Shown: positions 8,123-16,259 of the stretch, piece by piece | Layout: each line of letters begins with the position of its first letter | Numbering within the stretch: position 1 is the stretch's first letter | DNA from: an uncultured Solibacteraceae bacterium | GTDB lineage: Bacteria; Acidobacteriota; Terriglobia; Bryobacterales; Bryobacteraceae | NCBI GenBank assembly: GCA_964453955.1 | Contig: CAYVPZ010000001.1 | Coordinates: 1 to 44,704 of the forward strand | Length of the DNA stretch: 44,704 nucleotides | Reading direction: 5' to 3' | Position numbers and translations under genes: made by a program | The notes under the pieces: generated by a model | What the model was told of the DNA's origin: nothing | Seen by the model: the letters and a program-made list of their open reading frames with translations, nothing else | The model's database searches: none

Positions 8123-9463
8123 ATGCTGCGGGCAGGCGCGGTTTCGCAACTGCGGCGCAATACGCTAGCGGGCGCTCTTGGTGCCGTCGCCGGAGCCCTC
8201 ATCTCCGCGATCTCATATCCCGTCTACCTGCACTTCCTCGGCTATGAGCAGTATGGTCTCTGGCTGGGGGTCTCGGTGGTCCTCAGCTTCGCCGCTTTCG
8301 GACAACTCGGCCTTGCCCCGGCGGTCGCCACCAACGTCGCGCAAGAGTACGCGCGAGGCGATCTCGCGGGCGTCCGCAAGACGGTATCGACGGCTTTGAT
8401 CGCTCTCGCGGCCACCGGCGCCATCGCCCTCGCCGGCATTCTGCTCGGCGGCGGCGGCATCGTTTCGGTGTTGCACCTCAAGCCGCAACTTGCGGTACAG
8501 GCTCGGATGCTCTTGCCGTTTCTCGCGGTTCTCTCGCTGTACGTGGTTCAGATCGACACCCTCAACTCTGTGCTGACGGGCCTCGGCCGTCTCGACCTTG
8601 CGGTGGGGACGCAACAGGCCGGCCGTTTCCTCTCGCTCGTGTTGGCGGCCTCGTTGCTCGGCTCCGGCGTGGGCATCGTCAGTCTTCCCATTGCCAGCCT
8701 GGCCGGGTACGTGTTTGTGCACGCCACGTCGCTCCTGCTGGCGCGCCGGATCACCGGGGAGAGCTGTTTTGCGGTCTCGGCACTCAGCTTCGTGCATCTG
8801 CGGAGTCTGGTGACCTTCGGAGGCGGCGTGCTGGCATCCTCGCTGATCAACTTCCTGCTGGGCCCGCTCAACAAGTTCGCCCTGACCCGCTACGTGGGTC
8901 CATCCTCGGTCCCGGTATACGACATGGCGTTCACCATGACCATGCAGATCCGCGGCGTGCTGGAGTCCGGTTTCCGTTCCCTGATGCCGGAGGCGAGCCG
9001 GCTCAAGACCCTCGGGTCCGAGGAGGCCCACCGGCGCATGGGCGCGGTGTACGGCCGGGCGATGAAAGTCGTTCTGGGCTCGGGATTCGCGCTCTTCGGC
9101 GGCGCCATGATCGTCGCCCACACGGGCCTTCGCCTCTGGCTGGGGGCCCGGTTCCGGCCCGAACTGGTTTCCGCGCTTCGGGTCATGCTGCCCGGGGGCT
9201 TTGCGAACCTGCTGGGCGTACCGGGGTATTACATGTTGCTGGGCGTACGCAGCGTCCGTCATGTCGTGGCTACGAACACCGTGCAATGCGCCGTCAACGC
9301 GGCCGCCCTCGGGTACTTTTGCCATGCCGGAGTGCTGACCGCTTTTCTTGCCGCCTCCGCGGCTTCCGCGGGTCTGGCAGCCGGCGGAGCGTACCTGCTG
9401 TTCGCGGCGAGCCGCGGCGCCTGCCCTCAATTAAGAAATCAGGCACGGCCGGAACGAACCTGA
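8123..9463 (+). CDS. polysaccharide flippase (Wzx / MOP superfamily)
   Basis: About 12 hydrophobic spans through ORF 8039..9463. N-terminal LRRNTLAGALGAVAGALISAISYPVYLHFLGYEQYGLW is typical of Wzx-type PST transporters. I prefer the in-frame ATG at 8123 over 8039, which would overlap the previous gene. Confidence 0.8.
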   Translation: MLRAGAVSQLRRNTLAGALGAVAGALISAISYPVYLHFLGYEQYGLWLGVSVVLSFAAFGQLGLAPAVATNVAQEYARGDLAGVRKTVSTALIALAATGAIALAGILLGGGGIVSVLHLKPQLAVQARMLLPFLAVLSLYVVQIDTLNSVLTGLGRLDLAVGTQQAGRFLSLVLAASLLGSGVGIVSLPIASLAGYVFVHATSLLLARRITGESCFAVSALSFVHLRSLVTFGGGVLASSLINFLLGPLNKFALTRYVGPSSVPVYDMAFTMTMQIRGVLESGFRSLMPEASRLKTLGSEEAHRRMGAVYGRAMKVVLGSGFALFGGAMIVAHTGLRLWLGARFRPELVSALRVMLPGGFANLLGVPGYYMLLGVRSVRHVVATNTVQCAVNAAALGYFCHAGVLTAFLAASAASAGLAAGGAYLLFAASRGACPQLRNQARPERT

Positions 9464-9510
9464 TTTTCTCCAGGGCTCCACGCTGGGCCAGCTGAAGCGG
9501 GCATTTCGTT

Positions 9511-10323
9511 ATGACTATGACAAAGACCGCCAACCGATTCTACGCACAGAACGACGAAGACAGGGCGTTAGCGCAAATCTTCGCGAAGACCGTCCGGGGA
9601 ACCTGCCTTGAGGTCGGGGCGAACGACGGTGTGACCCTGAGCAATACCTATTACTTTGAGCGGATAGGTTGGCGGTGCATCCTCGTGGAACCGAATCGCG
9701 ACTGCTGTAAGAAGATCCGCCAGGCTCGTCAGGCCATGCTCTTTGAGTGCGCTGCGTCGGAGAAAGAAGGGAACAGCGTTCTGTTCGTGGGCGACGGGCA
9801 CGATGACGTGTTTTCAAGTTTTGTGGTGGAGGATCTCCCCGGGAATCGCGAACGCTTTACACCCGTCGTGGTCCCGACCCGAACACTCGATGCGATATTG
9901 GCAGACGCCGGAATTTGCACTCTTGATTTCGTCACAATCGACGTCGAGGGCTATGAGAGCCAAACGCTAAGAGGATTTGCCCTCGATCGTTGGAAGCCGT
10001 ATTTGGTGTTGCTCGAAGACAATAGCGGCATGATGGATGCCGATGTCGAGCGCCACATGCAGCAGGAAGGATACTTCCGATTCTGGCGGAGCGGCGTAAA
10101 CGACTGGTACGCAAGGCGTGACGCAGGACGAGCCCCATTGCTGCTGCAGATTGCTCTCTCGGGATGTTTCTCCTGGAAGTCCTTTCTAAAAGGGAACGTC
10201 CCCGGAACACTTATGCGAAAGATCCTCGCAACAAAGAGGAAGTTTCTCGGCCGAGTTCGTCATTATCCGGATTCTCCAGGCGGATGCGCTATTCGTTCCA
10301 GCCAGCAAATGGGCGGGCAGTAA
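9511..10323 (+). CDS. FkbM-family methyltransferase
   Basis: LEVGANDGVTLSNTYYFERIGWRCILVEPN...LDFVTIDVEGYE is the Methyltransf_21/FkbM pattern. Lowest-GC stretch of the locus by hand count. Confidence 0.8.
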   Translation: MTMTKTANRFYAQNDEDRALAQIFAKTVRGTCLEVGANDGVTLSNTYYFERIGWRCILVEPNRDCCKKIRQARQAMLFECAASEKEGNSVLFVGDGHDDVFSSFVVEDLPGNRERFTPVVVPTRTLDAILADAGICTLDFVTIDVEGYESQTLRGFALDRWKPYLVLLEDNSGMMDADVERHMQQEGYFRFWRSGVNDWYARRDAGRAPLLLQIALSGCFSWKSFLKGNVPGTLMRKILATKRKFLGRVRHYPDSPGGCAIRSSQQMGGQ

Positions 10324-10338
10324 AAGCTGAGATTTAGC

Positions 10339-11196
10339 ATGCAAACAGATCACAAGGGAACTGCCTTACCTCTTCTTCCGAAGATCTCCATCGTCACGCC
10401 GAGCTTTAACCAGGGACGCTATCTCGAGCAGACGATGAGGTCGGTGCTCGAGCAGCGATACGAGAACCTGGAGTATATCGTCGTCGATGGGGGTAGCACG
10501 GATGAATCGGCCCAGATCATCCGGCGGTATGAAGGCCAACTGGCTTATTGGTGTTCCCAGCCCGACGGCGGCCAGGCGGACGCGATCGCCAGGGGTTTCG
10601 AACGCTCGACCGGCGAGATTCTGGGGTGGTTGAACTCGGACGACGCCTACCTTCCGGGGGCGCTCCGTTCCGTCGGCCAGTTTTTCGCGGATCATCCGGA
10701 ATCCGAGGCAGTCAGCGCGGGCGCGTACAAAATCGACGAGAACGGCCGTCCCTGGGCGGGCAATCGCGTGCCCTACACCCTCGGCGTCGCTTCTTCTTTC
10801 AATCGATTTCGTTTCTTCCCGCAGGAGGGGGTGTATCAACAGGCCACCTTCTTCCGCCGGAGCGCCTACGAGGCAGCCGGAGGGCTGGATCGCGGTCTTC
10901 AGTTCATCATGGATCTGGATCTGTTCGTTCGTCTCGCCGCCAGAAAACGGTTTGGCCGGCTTCCCCGGTTGATCGCCGCGTTCCGCATGCACGGCGCCAG
11001 CAAGACCAGCACGCTCAGCAAAGTCTGGAAGGCCGAATTGAACATCTTTCAGCAAAGATACATACGGTCCCGCCGGGTTGCGGTGGCCGGAAGGGCGCTG
11101 CGCCTTTGGTACAAGACACTCTACTTTGGCTACCGCTGCCTCCTGCTGGGTCTGCTTCGCACCGGCGTGGTGAAACTGAAGGCGGTGGAGTTGTGA
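10339..11196 (+). CDS. family 2 glycosyltransferase
   Basis: ISIVTPSFNQGRYLEQTMRSVLEQRYENLEYIVVDGGSTDES...WLNSDD (GT-A fold with a DxD-like motif). Confidence 0.88.
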   Translation: MQTDHKGTALPLLPKISIVTPSFNQGRYLEQTMRSVLEQRYENLEYIVVDGGSTDESAQIIRRYEGQLAYWCSQPDGGQADAIARGFERSTGEILGWLNSDDAYLPGALRSVGQFFADHPESEAVSAGAYKIDENGRPWAGNRVPYTLGVASSFNRFRFFPQEGVYQQATFFRRSAYEAAGGLDRGLQFIMDLDLFVRLAARKRFGRLPRLIAAFRMHGASKTSTLSKVWKAELNIFQQRYIRSRRVAVAGRALRLWYKTLYFGYRCLLLGLLRTGVVKLKAVEL

Positions 11197-12524
11197 AACC
11201 CGCACCGCCGTACGCGCCGGCGTCCCCCGGCGGGCTCGCCTGGGTGGAGGGGCTGCTCCTGCTGCTGATGCTGAAGCTCTCGTTGCCCGAGGTGCTGACG
11301 GACCCGTTCCGACTGTCCAACCTGGCGCCGGAAACGGTAATAAAAATCGGCATTCTTCTGGTGGTTCTGGCCGAACTTCTCACCCAAAGGCCGAACCACA
11401 TTCGGTTCCTCCTGTTCGGCATCGTCGCCGCGCTCTTCATGACGGCGCGCGGCCTGCTGCGGCCGGACGCCGAGTATTTTCGGACAAAGATAATCTTCGT
11501 GGATGCGCTCACGTTTTGCGGGCTCCTGTGCGGCCTCGCCTGGGGCAGACTGCGGCCCTTTCCGAACATTGTCGAGACATCCAGGCGAGCGGCCGGTGTC
11601 ATCACCCTGTTTTGCGCGCTGACGGTTGTCGGCCTGCTCACCGGCGTTGTCGCTCCCGCCCAGACCGGTCCGCGGATGTTCACATATTCCCTCTTTGGCC
11701 CCCTGAGCATTTGCGCCTCGCTGCTGCCATTTCTCACGGCGACGGCAAATCTCCGCGTAAGCGGGCGCGCCATGTGGACCGGCGTGCTCATATACGCGTC
11801 CCTGTTCCTGATCCTCACCACCGCCGTGTTGAGCGCCACGCGAAGCCTGCTGATTGTGGGGGTCGCCTCGTCCATCGGGTGCGCCGGCAACCTGCTCAGG
11901 CGCCGCCATTTCAGCCACCGGGTGGTGTTCCTGGTGACAGTGGCTGGCGTGGTTGCGATCGCGGTAATGTTCCTTTCGTTTCAACTGGTCTTCCTGACGA
12001 ATCGTACGGCGGGCACCGTGATCCAGAATGAATTCCGGTACCAGGAATTGCAGATGATGTTTGCGCAGCTCGGCGAGAACATGTTTCTGGGATTTGGTTT
12101 TGGAGGCCGGTATTTGTCCTATGCCCCGGTTCTGGGCTATTTCGTCACCGACTCACCACACGTTGCCGTGTTCACGTTCTGGTTGAAGGGCGGCCTGTGG
12201 GCGTTCGCGGCGTTCGTGGTTCTGCCGCTGTTCCAAATACTCCGGGGCATGGGCAACTACAGATCCCGGCCAGTGGCCTTTGCCTGTTGGTATGGGGCAG
12301 GCCTGTATTTTCTGAGCGCGTTTTTATCGGGAGGCTGGTATTTTCACCAGCTCTTCTTTTGCGGAGCGTTCTTGTCGCTCGCGCCGAGGCTGGAAGCGGC
12401 GCAGTGGAAGGGCGGCGGCGTGCGCAGGATGCCTGTCCGGATGGCGGTCGGGGTTGCCGCGATACCCGGACGGAGACGTGAGCCGCTGGTTCCGGTAGCC
12501 GGGCGGGAGAAGGTCGCCCTTTAA
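11193..12524 (+). CDS. O-antigen ligase-like polysaccharide polymerase (Wzy-type), start uncertain
   Basis: Polytopic membrane protein in the distal part of ORF 10548..12524. Central SATRSLLIVGV... loop region, as in Wzy_C/O-antigen ligase proteins. The GTG at 11193 overlaps the GT2 stop (GTGA). The upstream 215 codons of the ORF overlap the GT2 gene and look non-coding. Confidence 0.65.
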   Translation: MKPAPPYAPASPGGLAWVEGLLLLLMLKLSLPEVLTDPFRLSNLAPETVIKIGILLVVLAELLTQRPNHIRFLLFGIVAALFMTARGLLRPDAEYFRTKIIFVDALTFCGLLCGLAWGRLRPFPNIVETSRRAAGVITLFCALTVVGLLTGVVAPAQTGPRMFTYSLFGPLSICASLLPFLTATANLRVSGRAMWTGVLIYASLFLILTTAVLSATRSLLIVGVASSIGCAGNLLRRRHFSHRVVFLVTVAGVVAIAVMFLSFQLVFLTNRTAGTVIQNEFRYQELQMMFAQLGENMFLGFGFGGRYLSYAPVLGYFVTDSPHVAVFTFWLKGGLWAFAAFVVLPLFQILRGMGNYRSRPVAFACWYGAGLYFLSAFLSGGWYFHQLFFCGAFLSLAPRLEAAQWKGGGVRRMPVRMAVGVAAIPGRRREPLVPVAGREKVAL

Positions 12525-12529
12525 GAACC

Positions 12530-13675
12530 ATGCCGGATGTCGCTCTTTTCATACCGACTTTTTCCGAAGGCGGCGCGGAACGAGTTTTCTGCAGGCTGGC
12601 CTGCGGGATCCACCGCGCCGGCAGGAGCGTCGATCTGGTCCTGGTCAGCGCGCGGGGGAACTATCTGTCCGATCTCGACCCGGGCGTGAACGTGGTCAAT
12701 CTGGGCCGGCTCCGGGCCAGGAGCAGTTGCTTTGGGATGGCGCGGTACCTGAGAAGGGCTCGTCCGAGAATAGTGATCGCGGCCATGGAACATGCCAACG
12801 TAGCCGCTCTCATTGCAGGTAAGCTGTCGCGGACCGGAATTCCCGTAATCACCACCACCCACACCGTACTGCAACGTGAGAGCGCAAAGGATTTCCCGTT
12901 TTGGCTCCGTTTACTTGTGCGCTGGTGCTATTCCTTTGCCGCACTACGAATCGCGGTGTCCCGTGATGCCGCCGCGGAACTGGCGCAGATTACGGGACTG
13001 TCGCAGGATCGAATCCGGGTAATTCACAATCCCGTGGCCGGGTCCGAGATTATCGCCCGGGCGCAGGAGAGTGCCGGCCACCCCTGGTTCGAGGACGGGG
13101 GCCCGCCGGTGATTCTGTCCATCGGCCGACTTCGGCCCCAGAAGAACTTCGCATTTCTGCTTGGCGCGTTTGCACGCCTGCGGCATCGAGCCGACGCGCG
13201 GCTGGTCATCCTTGGGGAGGGCCCCGAGCGCGGCGATCTCGAACGGCTGGCCACAAGGCTGGGCATAGGGGCGGACGTGGCCTTGCCGGGTTTCGTTAAG
13301 AACCCTTTTGCCTGCCTGGCGCGAGCCTCCGTTTTCGCTCTATCGTCCTCATGGGAGGGCTTTGGCAACGTCCTGGTGGAAGCTCTCGCCTGCGGCCTTC
13401 CCATCGTCTCCACGGACTGCCCAGGGGGGCCGGCCGAGATCCTCGAAGGGGGCAGGTTCGGGGAGCTGGTTCCGCCTGGCGCGGTTGATTTATACGCCGA
13501 AGCGCTCGAACGAGCACTTTTCAGCACGCCGGACCGGAAACGTCTTCGCGCGCGAGCGGCCGGCTTCTCCGAGGATGCCATCGTCCCTTTGTATCTGCAT
13601 GCGATCGACGATGCAATTGCACAGTCCGGATTGCGGCTTGCCGGGATGGAAGTGGATGGTCAACTGGCTTCATAG
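12530..13675 (+). CDS. family 4 (GT-B) glycosyltransferase
   Basis: MPDVALFIPTFSEGGAERV... N-domain. C-domain GRLRPQKNF...LPGFVKNP...ASVFALSSSWEGFGNVLVEALACGLPIVSTD (EX7E-type motif). Confidence 0.88.
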   Translation: MPDVALFIPTFSEGGAERVFCRLACGIHRAGRSVDLVLVSARGNYLSDLDPGVNVVNLGRLRARSSCFGMARYLRRARPRIVIAAMEHANVAALIAGKLSRTGIPVITTTHTVLQRESAKDFPFWLRLLVRWCYSFAALRIAVSRDAAAELAQITGLSQDRIRVIHNPVAGSEIIARAQESAGHPWFEDGGPPVILSIGRLRPQKNFAFLLGAFARLRHRADARLVILGEGPERGDLERLATRLGIGADVALPGFVKNPFACLARASVFALSSSWEGFGNVLVEALACGLPIVSTDCPGGPAEILEGGRFGELVPPGAVDLYAEALERALFSTPDRKRLRARAAGFSEDAIVPLYLHAIDDAIAQSGLRLAGMEVDGQLAS

Positions 13676-14339
13676 CATCGTTCACAATCCCCAGAAAGGA
13701 TGGGATCCGATACCGCGTTCCTATGCGGAATCGTACGCGGCCGGTGAGGTGGCGTCCACGGAACTGATCGACGAACTGGAGCGGCGCCTGGGCCGGCTGG
13801 CGGGCAAACGCATCCTCGACCTCGGCGGCGGCCCGGGGGAGTATTCGGTTGCGTTCGCGGAGCGTGGCGCGAACGTCACCTGGCACGATGTAAGCGCGAA
13901 CTACCGGTCAATTGCCCGAAAAAGAGCCGAGCAAGCGGGCAGCAGGATTACGTTCTCTCTGGGCTATTTGGAACAGGCCAGCGCGCTGCGCCCAGCGTTC
14001 GATCTGGTGTTCTGCCGCACCTGCTGGTACTACGGGAGGAACGATCGCCTGCTGGCGCGCACGTTGTGGAATCTCGTCGCCCCCGGGGGCGCCGCCTATA
14101 TTGAAAACGATACCTGGGAGATGGATTTCAGCCGGGGAATCCACAGCCTGACGTATGCCCTCAACCGCTTCACGGGCTGGAAGATCGGTCACCCGATGCC
14201 GCCGCGAGGAAGAATAGCGGCCAGCTTCGCGGGATTTCCGGTCGCCTGGCTGTGCATGGACTACCGGCGGCCGGCGTTCGATCGCGTACTGGTAGGCAAG
14301 CCCCCGCGGCTTCCTCGGGAGACGCGACACGCAGGCTGA
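13656..14339 (+). CDS. class I SAM-dependent methyltransferase
   Basis: In-frame ATG at 13656 within ORF 13308..14339, overlapping the preceding GT4 end by 20 nt. Motif I ILDLGGGPGEYSVAFAERGANVTWHDVS. Confidence 0.7.
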   Translation: MVNWLHSIVHNPQKGWDPIPRSYAESYAAGEVASTELIDELERRLGRLAGKRILDLGGGPGEYSVAFAERGANVTWHDVSANYRSIARKRAEQAGSRITFSLGYLEQASALRPAFDLVFCRTCWYYGRNDRLLARTLWNLVAPGGAAYIENDTWEMDFSRGIHSLTYALNRFTGWKIGHPMPPRGRIAASFAGFPVAWLCMDYRRPAFDRVLVGKPPRLPRETRHAG

Positions 14340-14358
14340 GGCCGGCGCCACTATCACA

Positions 14359-15126
14359 ATGCCGTCACGGTTTCTGGTGCGTTTCGACGATATCTGCCCC
14401 ACCATGAAGTGGTCCGTCTGGAATCGCGTGGAGGAAATCCTGCGATCCCGCCAGGTGCGGCCCATCCTCGGCGTCATCCCCGATAACCAGGACAACCGCC
14501 TCGAATTCGAACCGGCCGATCCGCGTTTCTGGGATCGCGTGCGGCAGTGGCAGGCGTGGGGATGGACCATTGGCCTGCACGGCTACCAGCACCGCTATAC
14601 CTCCGACGAAGCGGGCATCGTCGGGATCAAGGATGCCAGCGAGTTCGCCGGCGTTTCGTTGCGGGAACAATGCTGCAGGCTGCGCAAAGGCGCGAAAATC
14701 TTCCGCGATCAGGGTATCGACCCGCGGGTGTGGGTGGCACCCGGGCACTCCTTCGACGGCACCACCATCTCCCTGTTGAGCGAGATTGGCGTCTCCGCGA
14801 TCAGCGACGGCCTGTTTGTGACCCCCCGGCGCGACCCGAACGGAATGCTATGGGTTCCCCAGCAGCTCTGGCGCTTTCGCCGCCTTCCGCTGGGCACATG
14901 GACCGTCTGCTTTCACCACAACCGCTGGGACCAGCCGCAGATCGACGATTTCGCTTCGTCGGTCGCCCGCTTTCACCGTTCGATCGTCGGTTTCGAAGAG
15001 ATTGCGCTGGCTCACCGCTCGGCAAAACGGGCGCCGGTGGATGGGTTCGTTCCCAAACTGTTTCGCTGTTTCGTGCGCCGGAAACAGGGTAGCGCCGGCG
15101 CCCGCGCTTCCTCCGAGTTCATTTGA
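14359..15126 (+). CDS. DUF2334-like predicted polysaccharide deacetylase
   Basis: FLVRFDDICPTMKWSVWNRVEEIL...PILGVIPDNQD...GWTIGLHGYQHRY resembles the DUF2334 / deacetylase-like pattern. Assignment is from memory, not a search. Confidence 0.6.
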   Translation: MPSRFLVRFDDICPTMKWSVWNRVEEILRSRQVRPILGVIPDNQDNRLEFEPADPRFWDRVRQWQAWGWTIGLHGYQHRYTSDEAGIVGIKDASEFAGVSLREQCCRLRKGAKIFRDQGIDPRVWVAPGHSFDGTTISLLSEIGVSAISDGLFVTPRRDPNGMLWVPQQLWRFRRLPLGTWTVCFHHNRWDQPQIDDFASSVARFHRSIVGFEEIALAHRSAKRAPVDGFVPKLFRCFVRRKQGSAGARASSEFI

Positions 15127-16259
15127 TGCGGATTGCCCATATCATCACCACGTTGTCCACCGGCGGCGCCGAGACCATGCTCTATAAGCTGTTGTCCGCC
15201 ATGGATCGCGATCGGTTTGCGGTTGAGGTTTATTCCCTCGCCGACACCGGTTCCATCGGCGGCGCAATCGTCCGCGACCTCGGCATACCGGTGTTCCCGC
15301 TGCGCTCCACCTCAGGCCGCACCACCGTTTCCTCCGCCTTCGGCCTGCTGGCCCACCTTCGCCGCAGCCGCCCGCACATCATTCAAACCTGGATGTATCA
15401 CGCCAACCTGCTGGGGGGCATGGCCGGCCGGGCGCTGGGCAGGCCAGTGGTCTGGAACATCCGTCGCGGCAGTCTCGCACACCTTCGGCGCCGGACTCTG
15501 TGGATTTCGCGGGCCTGTTCCGCGGTCTCTTCCTCCCTGCCGGCGCGCATTGTGTGCTGCTCGGCCGACTCGCTCGAACGGCACGCCGCCGCCGGCTACG
15601 CCCGTACGCGAATGACGGTCATTCCCAACGGCTTCGACCTCTCCCGCTTCCGCCCCGATCCCGTCCTGCGGCAATCTCTCCGCGACGAAATGGGGGCCGG
15701 TCCGGATACGCCGCTGTTCGGTCTGCTGGCCCGGTTCGATCCGGCCAAGGATCATGAGACGTTCCTGCGCTGCGCGGCAATCGTCCATGCACGTTGCCCG
15801 AACGCCAGGTTTCTGCTCTGCGGAAAGGATATAGACGGCGAGAACCGGCGCTTGTCGGGGTGGGTGGACGCGCTGGGGATCGGAGGCTGCTGCGTTCTGG
15901 CAGGGTTGCGCAAAGACGCGCCACGCATCCTGGCCGGTTTGGACGTCCTGGTGTCCTCTTCGGCCTGCGAAGGCTTCCCCAATGTGCTCGGCGAAGCGAT
16001 GGCCTGCGGGGTTCCGTGCGCCGCCACCGACGTGGGCGACTCCGGCCTCATTATAGGGGCCAGCGGGCTTCTGGCGCCTCCCGGCGACCCCGCGGCTCTG
16101 GCCGCCCGGTGTCTGGAATTGATCGAGATGGGCCCGCACCGCCGGGCCGAACTGGGCGCGGCCGCGCGGCGGCGCATCGAAACGCACTTCAGCATGCCGG
16201 CGGTCGCCCTCCAGTATCAGGATCTGTACGCAAAGGTGGTCGAAACATGTGCGGCATAG
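15126..16259 (+). CDS. family 4 (GT-B) glycosyltransferase
   Basis: MRIAHIITTLSTGGAETML... and C-domain GLLARFDPAKDH...VLVSSSACEGFPNVLGEAMACGVPCAATDVGD. The ATG at 15126 shares one nt with the upstream TGA; the ORF track starts at TTG 15123. Confidence 0.88.
   Translation: MRIAHIITTLSTGGAETMLYKLLSAMDRDRFAVEVYSLADTGSIGGAIVRDLGIPVFPLRSTSGRTTVSSAFGLLAHLRRSRPHIIQTWMYHANLLGGMAGRALGRPVVWNIRRGSLAHLRRRTLWISRACSAVSSSLPARIVCCSADSLERHAAAGYARTRMTVIPNGFDLSRFRPDPVLRQSLRDEMGAGPDTPLFGLLARFDPAKDHETFLRCAAIVHARCPNARFLLCGKDIDGENRRLSGWVDALGIGGCCVLAGLRKDAPRILAGLDVLVSSSACEGFPNVLGEAMACGVPCAATDVGDSGLIIGASGLLAPPGDPAALAARCLELIEMGPHRRAELGAAARRRIETHFSMPAVALQYQDLYAKVVETCAA

Noticed and set aside
10548-11192. Long 5' extensions of ORFs 10548..12524, 15794..18247, 18771..20501, 20701..23289, 32320..33828, 33632..35107, 13308..14339 and 28636..30591.
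   Set aside because: The extensions overlap the preceding recognisable gene in another frame and are Arg/Pro/Gly-rich. In each case an internal start codon gives a canonical N-terminus (for example MCGIAG for the amidotransferase, MMRILVTGCSG for the SDR). ORF 28636..30591 has no credible coding part at all.
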